Positions 8,911 to 17,184 of a DNA stretch of 64,000 nucleotides are shown here, in pieces. Both the position numbers and the translations under genes were made by a program. The notes below the pieces were generated by a model. The model saw nothing but the letters and a program-made list of their open reading frames with translations, was not told the origin of the DNA and did no database searches. Origin of the DNA: Candidatus Woesearchaeota archaeon (GTDB taxonomy: Archaea; Nanobdellota; Nanobdellia; SCGC-AAA011-G17; JAGVXY01); contig JAGVXY010000009.1 of the NCBI GenBank assembly GCA_018303545.1, forward strand, positions 24,350-88,349, given 5' to 3'. Each line of letters opens with the position of its first letter. The first letter of the stretch is position 1.

Positions 8911-9884
8911 TGAATATGGATAGATGGTTTGAAGAACTGGATTTTGACAAAAACCCATTTGACACTAATCCGCTTAATGGTCATTCTGAATTTGTAGGCC
9001 ATAGCGGTATAAAAGACGAAATAATCTACAGGATCATTTCTGGTAACATGCTTGTTATCGAAGGTTCACCTGAGACAGGAAAGACGACTTTGCTTAAATT
9101 TGCAATTGATAACTTCAAAGGCAAGGGCAAGGTCATTTATGTAGACTGCAAGCGCATGGATCCGGACTTTAATATCACAAATTTGGTCTTCGGAAACATA
9201 AGTTTGCTTGATAAATTGCGCGGAAGCAAGCCAAAGAATATGATTCTCCTTTTGGATGAAATTCAATTCTTATCAAAAAAGAACTCTGAAAGGATAAAAC
9301 ATTTATATGATCACAACTATATTCGTGCGGTTGTATTCACAAGCAAGAGTTTTAACAAGGTGAATATCTCACCAAGCTTAAAGCATAGAATAGGTAGAAG
9401 GATCATCCATTTGAAAGAGCTTACTGAATATGATGCAATAGAAATTATAAGGGGCAGAATCGGAGAGCATAAAATTCTTTCTGATGATATGATAAAAGAA
9501 ATATTCAAGAAATCGAATGGTTCGCCAAAACAGTTATTAGAAAATTGTGAGAAACTCTGCGCTTATGCAGTTGAAAACGGTGAAGAAACAGTTCTCCAAG
9601 AGCACATTAATGCGCTTTTGGGCGGAAAATCTTCCAAGGCAGCTAAACAATCAAAGGCTCCAAAAGAAGAAATTCTCGAACCGGAAGAAATAGTAGAAAC
9701 TAGCAGGACAATAGAAGAAAATGAACCTGTTGTTGAAGTCTTAGAAGATGAAGACCCCGTTGTTGAGCCTTTAGAAGAAGACAAGGATACAAAAAAAGTC
9801 AACATCGTCTATGAAAAGCCACAAATTGTCATCGGGCCTAAGGAAGAAGGCGCCGAAAAAGACATTGCAGAAAGGTATTATTAG
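8907..9884 (+). CDS. P-loop NTPase, AAA-like (paralog 1) with acidic C-terminal tail
   Basis: Walker A GSPETGKTT, Walker B ILLLDE, N-terminal NPF motif, C-terminal LLENCE motif, acidic repeat tail EEPVVEVLEDEDPVVEPLEED. Confidence 0.6.
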   Translation: MMNMDRWFEELDFDKNPFDTNPLNGHSEFVGHSGIKDEIIYRIISGNMLVIEGSPETGKTTLLKFAIDNFKGKGKVIYVDCKRMDPDFNITNLVFGNISLLDKLRGSKPKNMILLLDEIQFLSKKNSERIKHLYDHNYIRAVVFTSKSFNKVNISPSLKHRIGRRIIHLKELTEYDAIEIIRGRIGEHKILSDDMIKEIFKKSNGSPKQLLENCEKLCAYAVENGEETVLQEHINALLGGKSSKAAKQSKAPKEEILEPEEIVETSRTIEENEPVVEVLEDEDPVVEPLEEDKDTKKVNIVYEKPQIVIGPKEEGAEKDIAERYY

Positions 9885-9896
9885 GAGGAATGAAAG

Positions 9897-10622
9897 ATGA
9901 AACAAACATGGTACAAACAACTTGGTTTTTATAACAATCCTTTCAGCATAAAGCCTGCTGCATTTCACGATGACATTGTAGGCTATGAAAAGGAAGTTGA
10001 ACAAATTTTAGACCTGGTGGAAATGGGTGCTATAATAAGCTTAGAAGGCGACTTTGGATTAGGAAAAACATCTATTCTAAAGAGGATTGTAGCTGAATTT
10101 GGGGGCAATAAAAAAATTGTTTACTACAGCTGCAATACTACTGAATCCAATATTGATTACGATAAATTATTGATCGAGAGGCATGGATTCATAGGTCGTT
10201 TATTAAAGCTTAAATCAAAGGAAATGATTCTTTTGCTTGATGAGGCTCAAGATCTTTCAGCAGAAGATTCTGAAAAGCTTCTTGAATACTATAGAGAAGG
10301 ATTTTTCAAATCCATCGTCCTAGTAAGTAAAGAAGGAAAAAACGAGTATCAAGCAGGAATAAAAAAGCTAATAGGTAAAAATATTTTCAAGCTGAAAAAA
10401 CTTTCAGATGAAGAAGCAGTTAAACTAGTCAGAAAAAGAATTGGTAACTTGAGTTTCTTGACAGATGACATGATTATCGATATTTACAAGAAATCTGAAA
10501 ATAATCCAAGAGTATTATTGGAAAACTGCGAAGATGTCTGTAAGGAAGCCGTCGAAGAGATGGAAGACAAGGTTCAGAAAGAACAAGTCAAGAACATAAT
10601 CGATAAAAAAGCCTTATTTTAA
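9897..10622 (+). CDS. P-loop NTPase, AAA-like (paralog 2)
   Basis: Walker A GDFGLGKTS, Walker B ILLLDE, and the same NPF and LLENCE motifs. SD GGAGGA upstream. Confidence 0.6.
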   Translation: MKQTWYKQLGFYNNPFSIKPAAFHDDIVGYEKEVEQILDLVEMGAIISLEGDFGLGKTSILKRIVAEFGGNKKIVYYSCNTTESNIDYDKLLIERHGFIGRLLKLKSKEMILLLDEAQDLSAEDSEKLLEYYREGFFKSIVLVSKEGKNEYQAGIKKLIGKNIFKLKKLSDEEAVKLVRKRIGNLSFLTDDMIIDIYKKSENNPRVLLENCEDVCKEAVEEMEDKVQKEQVKNIIDKKALF

Positions 10623-10701
10623 TTTTTTTTAATTAATTCTTTATTTTATAATACAAAAAAAACAAAAACTATTATGAATGGTATAGTATCTAAGAATTAA
10701 G

Positions 10702-10863
10702 TTAGAACTTTTTTCTCTTGCTATAACAGTCTCTGCAGAAAACAGGTTTGCCTGCTGTTGGCTTGAATGGTACTTCACATTCAGCTCCACACTCAGAACA
10801 AGTTGCTTTGTGCATCTCTCTTGGCCCAAAATCCCTTCTTGGACCTCTGTCGAATTCTTTCAT
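10702..10863 (-). CDS. 53-aa zinc-ribbon protein (CxxC...CxxC)
   Basis: Hand-translated MKEFDRGPRRDFGPREMHKATCSECGAECEVPFKPTAGKPVFCRDCYSKRKKF, with GGAG 6 nt upstream. The ORF track reports an overlapping ORF (10641..10829) in a different frame. Confidence 0.55.
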   Translation of the reverse strand: MKEFDRGPRRDFGPREMHKATCSECGAECEVPFKPTAGKPVFCRDCYSKRKKF

Positions 10864-10994
10864 TTTTTCTCCTTAAACATAAAAGAAATTACTTTCGTTT
10901 ATGTATGAAGATATATTTGTAGTCCCTATTTATAAACTTTTGCCCTGTTTAGACGAAAGAAACGATTATAAATAACCCTATCTTATGTCTCTAA

Positions 10995-11627
10995 ATGAGC
11001 ATTTTAACAGAGATTTTAAGCCATGTAGGTGTATTCTGTATCCAAGTTATCTCTTATTTAGGCTATTTTGGCGTTTTCGTCCTTATGACGATGGAAAGCA
11101 TGATTTTTCCTATCCCTTCTGAGCTGGTTATGCCATTTGCAGGCTTTTTAGCAGCCACAGGAGAAATGAATCTCTATTTAGTTATAGTATTTAGCTCTTT
11201 AGGCAGTATATTTGGTTCTTGGCTTTCCTATTGTCTTGGAAGATATGGGGGCAATAGATTTATTTTGAAATATGGCAAATATTTCTTCCTAGATGAAACA
11301 GATTTAATGAAGACAGAAAAATGGTTCAAAGAAAAAGGTGAAAAAACAGTTCTGATAAGCAGATTCATTCCTGTTGTCAGGCATTTAATATCTATACCTG
11401 CCGGGATAGGAAAGATGGACTTGAAGAAATTCTTTTTGTATACTTTAATAGGTGCAACTGCTTGGAACGCTTTCTTAGCATATTTAGGATTTCTGTTAGG
11501 CAAGAACTGGGCCTTAGTTAGAGCATATTCTGAGTATTTCTCTATAATTATAGTTGCCTTGTTGCTTATTGCAGGTTCTTATTTCATTTACAGGCACATC
11601 AAGCACAAGTTGAAGAAAACGAATTAA
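10995..11627 (+). CDS. DedA family membrane protein
   Basis: DedA core ISRFIPVVRHLISIPAGIGKM plus multiple TM segments. Confidence 0.85.
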   Translation: MSILTEILSHVGVFCIQVISYLGYFGVFVLMTMESMIFPIPSELVMPFAGFLAATGEMNLYLVIVFSSLGSIFGSWLSYCLGRYGGNRFILKYGKYFFLDETDLMKTEKWFKEKGEKTVLISRFIPVVRHLISIPAGIGKMDLKKFFLYTLIGATAWNAFLAYLGFLLGKNWALVRAYSEYFSIIIVALLLIAGSYFIYRHIKHKLKKTN

Positions 11628-12131
11628 TTATTCTCTTAGGAAATATAAAATTTGATCGTACGGAATTTTTCTCGCGCCATTTATCCAGCAGCTGAGTTGT
11701 TTTATTTCGGAAGGAGTTAGCTCAATTCCTTCAAATGTTCTTCCTACATAACTCATCGAAAAATCATCTGTCAGCTTAATATGGTCATTATAAATCCCAG
11801 TAAGCCTGCCGAGTGAGGATACTCTTGTGGCGCCAAGGAACTTGGCTAACTTATGTTTTTTGGGATTAAAATAGACTTCTACACATCTGCCAATATCCTG
11901 TTTATCAAACTTATCTCTGCTTAATTCACAAGCGCCAATGACTTCATAATTTGATATCAAACCATAAGACAAATTTTTTTCAACGTTAAAACTTCTCCAA
12001 GGAACCGGTCGGTATATAATTCCTACTTTCATAGAATTATTACCAATCTCGAGCAGCTCGCCTGCTAAATCTCGCCTCTCTTTAAGAATAATTTTAATCT
12101 GTTTTCCAATGTCTTCTTTGTTTATATTCAT
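11628..12131 (-). CDS. Hypothetical protein (167 aa) next to kae1
   Basis: ORF only, with no motif I can name. Its position beside Kae1 invites the KEOPS-subunit question, but that is not supported by sequence. Confidence 0.4.
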   Translation of the reverse strand: MNINKEDIGKQIKIILKERRDLAGELLEIGNNSMKVGIIYRPVPWRSFNVEKNLSYGLISNYEVIGACELSRDKFDKQDIGRCVEVYFNPKKHKLAKFLGATRVSSLGRLTGIYNDHIKLTDDFSMSYVGRTFEGIELTPSEIKQLSCWINGARKIPYDQILYFLRE

Positions 12132-12196
12132 ATGATCTAATAAAACCTAGAGAATTATTTAATCTTTTCTGAAAAAATTATTCAAATAAGAATAAA

Positions 12197-13183
12197 TTAA
12201 AGAACCCAAAACACATCAATGTCATCAGATCTTTCTTTCGGCAAAATATCTATCTCTTCTAACTTCAAAGGTTTGTATCCCGAATTCATATACATTATTC
12301 CAAGCCAAGCAATCATAGCCGCATTATCCCCTGCATACCTCAAAGGCGCAGCATAATATTTAGCATTTCTTTCTAAGCACATAGTCTCAAGCATTTCTTT
12401 AAATCTAGAATTGGCAGCAACTCCGCCAATTACCAAAACTTCATCTTTATCGCAGTGCGCCAAAGCTCTTTCAGTTATTTCTGTAACCATTGCAAAAAGG
12501 GTCTCTTGCAAAGAGTAGCAGATATCTTCTAATTTATACTTTCCGGATTTAACCATACTTCCTGCTTTGGTTATAATTCCAGAAAAAGCGACATCCATCC
12601 CTTTTACAGCATAAGGCAATTCTACATACTTTCCCCTTTTCGCAAGTTCCTCAATTTTAGGTCCAGCTGGAAATCCTAACCCCACTTCACGACCAAATTT
12701 ATCAAGGGCATTTCCAATTCCCACACAAAGGGTCTCACCAAATACCCTATACCGTCCTCCTTCTAAAGCAATTATCTGTGTATTTGCACCAGAAACAAAA
12801 ACGAATATTGGATCTTTGGCATTAGTCAGTAATTTTCCTATCTCTAAATGCGCGCAAATGTGATTTACAGGCACTAAAGGAATTTCAAGTCTTAAAGCCC
12901 ACCTTTTGGCTATTTCCATCCCTGCAAGCAAGCATGGGGCTAATCCAGGTGCATTTGAAAGAGCAACGAAATCTATATCTTCTTTTTTAACATTAGCTTG
13001 GGTCAATGCATCTTCAATAACCTTATCTCCAATTTTAAGATGATGTTTTTTAACTTCATTTGGGATCATACCTCCCTCAGTAGTCGTATACATATCTCGA
13101 ACTTCACTCAATATTTTACCTTCTCCAGTAACTACTGAAGCTCCAAAAGTATGTGCAGTCGTCTCAATACCTAAGCATAGCAT
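12197..13183 (-). CDS. kae1: tRNA N6-adenosine threonylcarbamoyltransferase Kae1 (KEOPS catalytic subunit)
   Basis: MLCLGIETTAHTFGASVV N-terminus, metal-binding HICAHLE, Kae1/TsaD fold length. Confidence 0.9.
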   Translation of the reverse strand: MLCLGIETTAHTFGASVVTGEGKILSEVRDMYTTTEGGMIPNEVKKHHLKIGDKVIEDALTQANVKKEDIDFVALSNAPGLAPCLLAGMEIAKRWALRLEIPLVPVNHICAHLEIGKLLTNAKDPIFVFVSGANTQIIALEGGRYRVFGETLCVGIGNALDKFGREVGLGFPAGPKIEELAKRGKYVELPYAVKGMDVAFSGIITKAGSMVKSGKYKLEDICYSLQETLFAMVTEITERALAHCDKDEVLVIGGVAANSRFKEMLETMCLERNAKYYAAPLRYAGDNAAMIAWLGIMYMNSGYKPLKLEEIDILPKERSDDIDVFWVL

Positions 13184-13224
13184 AAGTTAAAATTATCAAA
13201 GAAGTGTTTTAAATATCTTTCTGT

Positions 13225-13578
13225 CTAGAGCATCTTCAAAGAGCCGGTAATCTTATCAATCTCTTCTTCTTTATCGGGTCCTATTCCCAGGCAAGTTGTT
13301 GTAGGTGAATCAAAGTACGTTCTTCCAGCATCAGTTATAAGGGCAGTAACCAAGCCCAAACTATCTGCCTCAGCTTTTAGTTTGTGTAAATCATTTATCC
13401 CCAGAACTTTCAAAACAACCTTCTTCATGCCCTGCTTTCTCCATTCTTTCAATTTGTCTTTATCTGCTTTCAAAGCTGCTTCAACAGCCGCATGACCTAC
13501 TTGTGCAGCCAATTTACCCGGAGGCATCTTTAAATCCATCCTTACAAGGATTACCTGTTTCATTTCCATATTCCTCAT
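13225..13578 (-). CDS. pth2: Peptidyl-tRNA hydrolase, archaeal type (Pth2)
   Basis: VILVRMDLKMPPGKLAAQVGHAAV and the conserved C-terminal D(A)GRT(Y/Q) motif, here as TDAGRTYF. The true start is probably MEMKQ or MKQ. Confidence 0.85.
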   Translation of the reverse strand: MRNMEMKQVILVRMDLKMPPGKLAAQVGHAAVEAALKADKDKLKEWRKQGMKKVVLKVLGINDLHKLKAEADSLGLVTALITDAGRTYFDSPTTTCLGIGPDKEEEIDKITGSLKML

Positions 13579-13664
13579 AAGATTTAAGCAGATATATAAA
13601 ACTTTTTAAAATATAATATTGAAGTCCATAAATCTTTAAAAGTTCATTTCTACATATTAATCTT

Positions 13665-14423
13665 ATGGCCAATTCTCTGTCTTTCGAATTGAAACGTTTT
13701 CAAGATTCACTATTAGATGCAATGTATCATAATGTAGATGTATCTGAAAAGCCCAAAAATGAAATTCGACTATCTATTTCAAAGAAAAAAGGTCAATTTT
13801 CTGCATCGGCAATTCATTCTTCAAAAGAAAATATAAATAAAAATGTCTGGGCGCTCACAAAACTCCACACTGTTGAAAACAATAAGCCTGTAATAATTGA
13901 ATTGATGAATTTGGTTCATGAATTAAATCAGGAATTCAACAAGAAAAACTATATGAACTCATTGGAGATAATACAAAAGATAAAATTAGAGCAAAAAAAA
14001 TTAATTATTCCTGAAAGCGAAAATAATAAAATGACAATAGACCGACCAAAATTAAACCCAGAGATAGCCCAAGAAGTTTTAGCGGATATAGAAGAGTTAG
14101 AAAATGCTTATAATGCCTCCTGTTACAGGAGCTGTATTATTCTTTGTGGTAGAATCCTAGAAACTTGCCTGCATCGTAAATATTACGACGTAACCGGTTT
14201 TGACATTTTAGAAAAAAATCCAGGCATAGGTTTGGGCACATTAATCGCAAAGATGCAGGAAAAAGATATCAAATTAGATCCAGGCATAACGCAGCAAATC
14301 CATTTAATCAACAATGTAAGGATTTTCTCAGTTCATAAGAAAAGAGACTTATTTATTCCAACAAGGCAGCAGACATATGCAATAATTTTATTCACTCTGG
14401 ATATTGTTTCTAAAATGTTTTAA
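13665..14423 (+). CDS. Hypothetical protein (252 aa)
   Basis: ORF only. C-terminal CYRSCIILCGRILETCLH ... LINNVRIFSVHKK faintly resembles DUF4145-type helical domains. Confidence 0.4.
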   Translation: MANSLSFELKRFQDSLLDAMYHNVDVSEKPKNEIRLSISKKKGQFSASAIHSSKENINKNVWALTKLHTVENNKPVIIELMNLVHELNQEFNKKNYMNSLEIIQKIKLEQKKLIIPESENNKMTIDRPKLNPEIAQEVLADIEELENAYNASCYRSCIILCGRILETCLHRKYYDVTGFDILEKNPGIGLGTLIAKMQEKDIKLDPGITQQIHLINNVRIFSVHKKRDLFIPTRQQTYAIILFTLDIVSKMF

Positions 14424-15120
14424 TCCATTCTAAAATTCTTTTAGTCTCATTAAACGACAAGCTATCAACAGTCTTGTCAGGCACGTGAAATTTAAGAAGT
14501 ATTGCTTTAATCTCATTTTTTGTTTTATTTTTAAGTTTGCATAAAGTTTCCCTTATCGCATTTGCCACCTTTTTGTCTTCCTGTAATAGCAATTCTTTTA
14601 TTGCTTTGCTTTCAGTTTCATTTGGTTTTATTTCTACAATTGCAGATACAACTTTAGGCAAAGGAGAAAATGAGCTTGGAGGCACTTCTTCAAGGATCTT
14701 AATTTCAAAGAAATATTTGCTTATTAACCCTATTTTAGTTTCATCTCTTATTAATATATCTGCAAAACTCTTGCTTACTGTTAATATTGCAAGCTTAAAA
14801 TCGCAGTGCATTAGTTTTTTGATTAAGGGTTCAGAAATTGAATAAGGAATATTAGACACTAATTTATCAAATTCCCGAGGCAAAAGTTCCAAAGCATTGC
14901 CCTTAACAACCTTTACATTTTTTATTTTCTCAAGTTCATCAATGAATGCATTATCCATTTCAAATGCTTCAATCTTAACCTTCCTAGCCAAAAATCTCGT
15001 TAAGTTTCCAGAACCAGGACCAATTTCAATTACTTTTTCATTTTCTTTTAAATCAGCATAATCTACAATTCTTTCTATCAAATCAATATCTACCATGAAA
15101 TGCTGATCAAAGTAAGTCAC
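14410..15120 (-). CDS. rsmA: 16S rRNA (adenine1518/1519-N6)-dimethyltransferase KsgA/Dim1
   Basis: FDQHFMVD (the GQNFL-type motif), SAM site IEIGPGSGNLT, catalytic NIPY. Confidence 0.85.
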   Translation of the reverse strand: MTYFDQHFMVDIDLIERIVDYADLKENEKVIEIGPGSGNLTRFLARKVKIEAFEMDNAFIDELEKIKNVKVVKGNALELLPREFDKLVSNIPYSISEPLIKKLMHCDFKLAILTVSKSFADILIRDETKIGLISKYFFEIKILEEVPPSSFSPLPKVVSAIVEIKPNETESKAIKELLLQEDKKVANAIRETLCKLKNKTKNEIKAILLKFHVPDKTVDSLSFNETKRILEWIKTF

Positions 15121-15151
15121 AAAAATAAAAGAAATAAAAAAATTTAAAAGC

Positions 15152-17092
15152 TTATCGCTTTTTTAATACAAAATAAATGGCGAATCCTATTCCTGCTAAA
15201 ACCGCAATACCAAATATCCAAATCCAGATATTGCTCTTGCTTCCAGCTTCTGGAGGCAATGTGCTTGATTCTGTACCAGTACCTGCCACATTTTCTCCGG
15301 TAGTAGATCCAGTTTGTTCGCTAGATGTGCTCTTTTCAGCAGAGATTGCGAAATAACTAAATCCAGGGACATTTGCAGAATAGTACACATATTGGTCATC
15401 TTCGCTCAATATTGTTGCAGTGTATGATGTCCATTCTACAGCCCATCTATTCAGCCTCACATCAGCTTTATCAAATCCATTTTCAGTAAGCCATGACTTG
15501 CTGACTTTGAACTTGATAGTTGCTGTATCAATGTTGTTTGTAGCAATATTGCTAACAGTTATTAGCACATATTTATACAGACCCCCATCTACATTTGTAG
15601 TTATAGTCGAAGGTTTTGTATTGACTTGTTCAACTTTAAGAACAACATTGCTAGCGCTATTTATAACAGCGATATCAACACCTGTTACTCCTATTGCGTC
15701 AACTTTAGAAGCAGCCGTCTCAAATTGAGCTACTCCGCCTGCGGCAATAGAATCAACGCCAACGGTACTTGAAACAGTTGTTGTGCCCGAAGATCCACCT
15801 GCACCTGAAGACGTTGTCGATGAGTGTGGGGATACCACAAATGTCGTTGATGAAAGTTTATAATAGCCCGCATCATCTCTAGCACCACATCTCAAAGTGT
15901 ATGTTCCAGCTTCACCTGTGTCCGTAAAGGTCAAACTTGAAGGGTTAACTATCGCACCAGATGGCTTAATAATCGTCATTGCATCATAAGTCAACGAGCT
16001 ATCAACGGTATCTGAATAAGTGCAACTTAAAGTGAATGCTGTTGTCAATGAAGTTCCAGTCGTAGGAGTTACACTTGGTGTAACCGTAGGTGCAGCACCA
16101 TCAATTGTTATATTGTAGTACTTTCCATCATTCGTAAAATTGACTTGTCTACCTGAGCTAGTGTATACATAAATCATAAAGCTCAAGACAGCGCCATCAG
16201 TGGTCAATCTTGCGGGTTCTAGGAATGTATTCAACGTATAATTATAAAATACAACACTAGATGCATTTGCTACAAGAGATAGATTAGTCACATTCATATA
16301 ATTTACATTTGGTACACCACCTGTCGAATTGTAATATATTCTGACTCCTGTAATATTTCTAATTGCGCCGGTGACATTATATGCCGTAATATTAATTGTC
16401 AATTGCGTCACATTAGTTGCATTAAGAAATCCTGCCCCTGCCGCACCAGTGGTTCCATTGAAATCACCCTCTGAATCATATAGAGTATTAACCCCATCTG
16501 TAGCAGAAAAGAGATTATATTCAACAGTCTTAAGATAGAAACTCTGTATCGCTGTTGATGAAGAGTTTGCTGCAATCAATGCCTGAGTTGCAGTAGTGTT
16601 ATATTGTGTACAATTTATATACCAATGAACCACGCCTTCAGCTAATCCTCCAGTTAATGCAGGACCGCCTATTCCTGGAATCAATACATAATTTGTATGA
16701 TTAGTCACATGAGGGCCAGTTATATTCGCAACTCTAGCTAAATCTGTTCCTGGAATGTCGGCATATAATGTACAATTAGCCGAGTCATTATTTGGCGCAA
16801 CCGGAATTGTCGAATTAGTATAATTAAAAATGAAAGCTGGAGTTGTATTGTAAACCAATGCCCCCCCAGTCAAACCGGTATCTTTAATTGAAACAATAAC
16901 TGTCGGGGAAGTCCAAGCTTCCAAACCAAGTTCAGAATCCAAATCCCCTGCTGTTGCTCCACCAGTTAAATCTGTGTCTGAAATAGATAAGTTCTTGCCT
17001 GTAGTGAGCTGCCCTACAAAAAATAATACAGCAAAAACCATTAAGAAACCAACCAAAATACTAACTATAACTTTATTTTCCAAAACCATCAC
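15152..17092 (-). CDS. Cell-surface glycoprotein (signal peptide, many N-glycosylation sequons, PGF-pre-PGF-like domain, C-terminal TM anchor)
   Basis: N-terminal TM/signal, many dozen NxS/T sequons, Thr/Ser-rich linkers, domain ending ...YYSANVPGFSYFAISAEK, C-terminal IWIWIFGIAVLAGIGFAIYFVLKKR. Confidence 0.6.
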   Translation of the reverse strand: MMVLENKVIVSILVGFLMVFAVLFFVGQLTTGKNLSISDTDLTGGATAGDLDSELGLEAWTSPTVIVSIKDTGLTGGALVYNTTPAFIFNYTNSTIPVAPNNDSANCTLYADIPGTDLARVANITGPHVTNHTNYVLIPGIGGPALTGGLAEGVVHWYINCTQYNTTATQALIAANSSSTAIQSFYLKTVEYNLFSATDGVNTLYDSEGDFNGTTGAAGAGFLNATNVTQLTINITAYNVTGAIRNITGVRIYYNSTGGVPNVNYMNVTNLSLVANASSVVFYNYTLNTFLEPARLTTDGAVLSFMIYVYTSSGRQVNFTNDGKYYNITIDGAAPTVTPSVTPTTGTSLTTAFTLSCTYSDTVDSSLTYDAMTIIKPSGAIVNPSSLTFTDTGEAGTYTLRCGARDDAGYYKLSSTTFVVSPHSSTTSSGAGGSSGTTTVSSTVGVDSIAAGGVAQFETAASKVDAIGVTGVDIAVINSASNVVLKVEQVNTKPSTITTNVDGGLYKYVLITVSNIATNNIDTATIKFKVSKSWLTENGFDKADVRLNRWAVEWTSYTATILSEDDQYVYYSANVPGFSYFAISAEKSTSSEQTGSTTGENVAGTGTESSTLPPEAGSKSNIWIWIFGIAVLAGIGFAIYFVLKKR

Positions 17093-17184
17093 CTCTCATT
17101 TTTTCTCTCAAACTAATAATATTACAAGAAAACAATATTTATGTATTAATAAACTTTTCTATAAATTCTATTTAAAAAAAAATA

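Noticed and set aside
10641-10829. ORF-track ORF 10641..10829 (62 aa)
   Set aside because: Wrong frame. The convincing gene here is the 53-aa zinc ribbon at 10702..10863, which has an SD.
15196-15728. ORFs 15196..15399 (-) and 15420..15728 (+)
   Set aside because: Alternative-frame or antisense ORFs inside the 646-aa surface glycoprotein gene.
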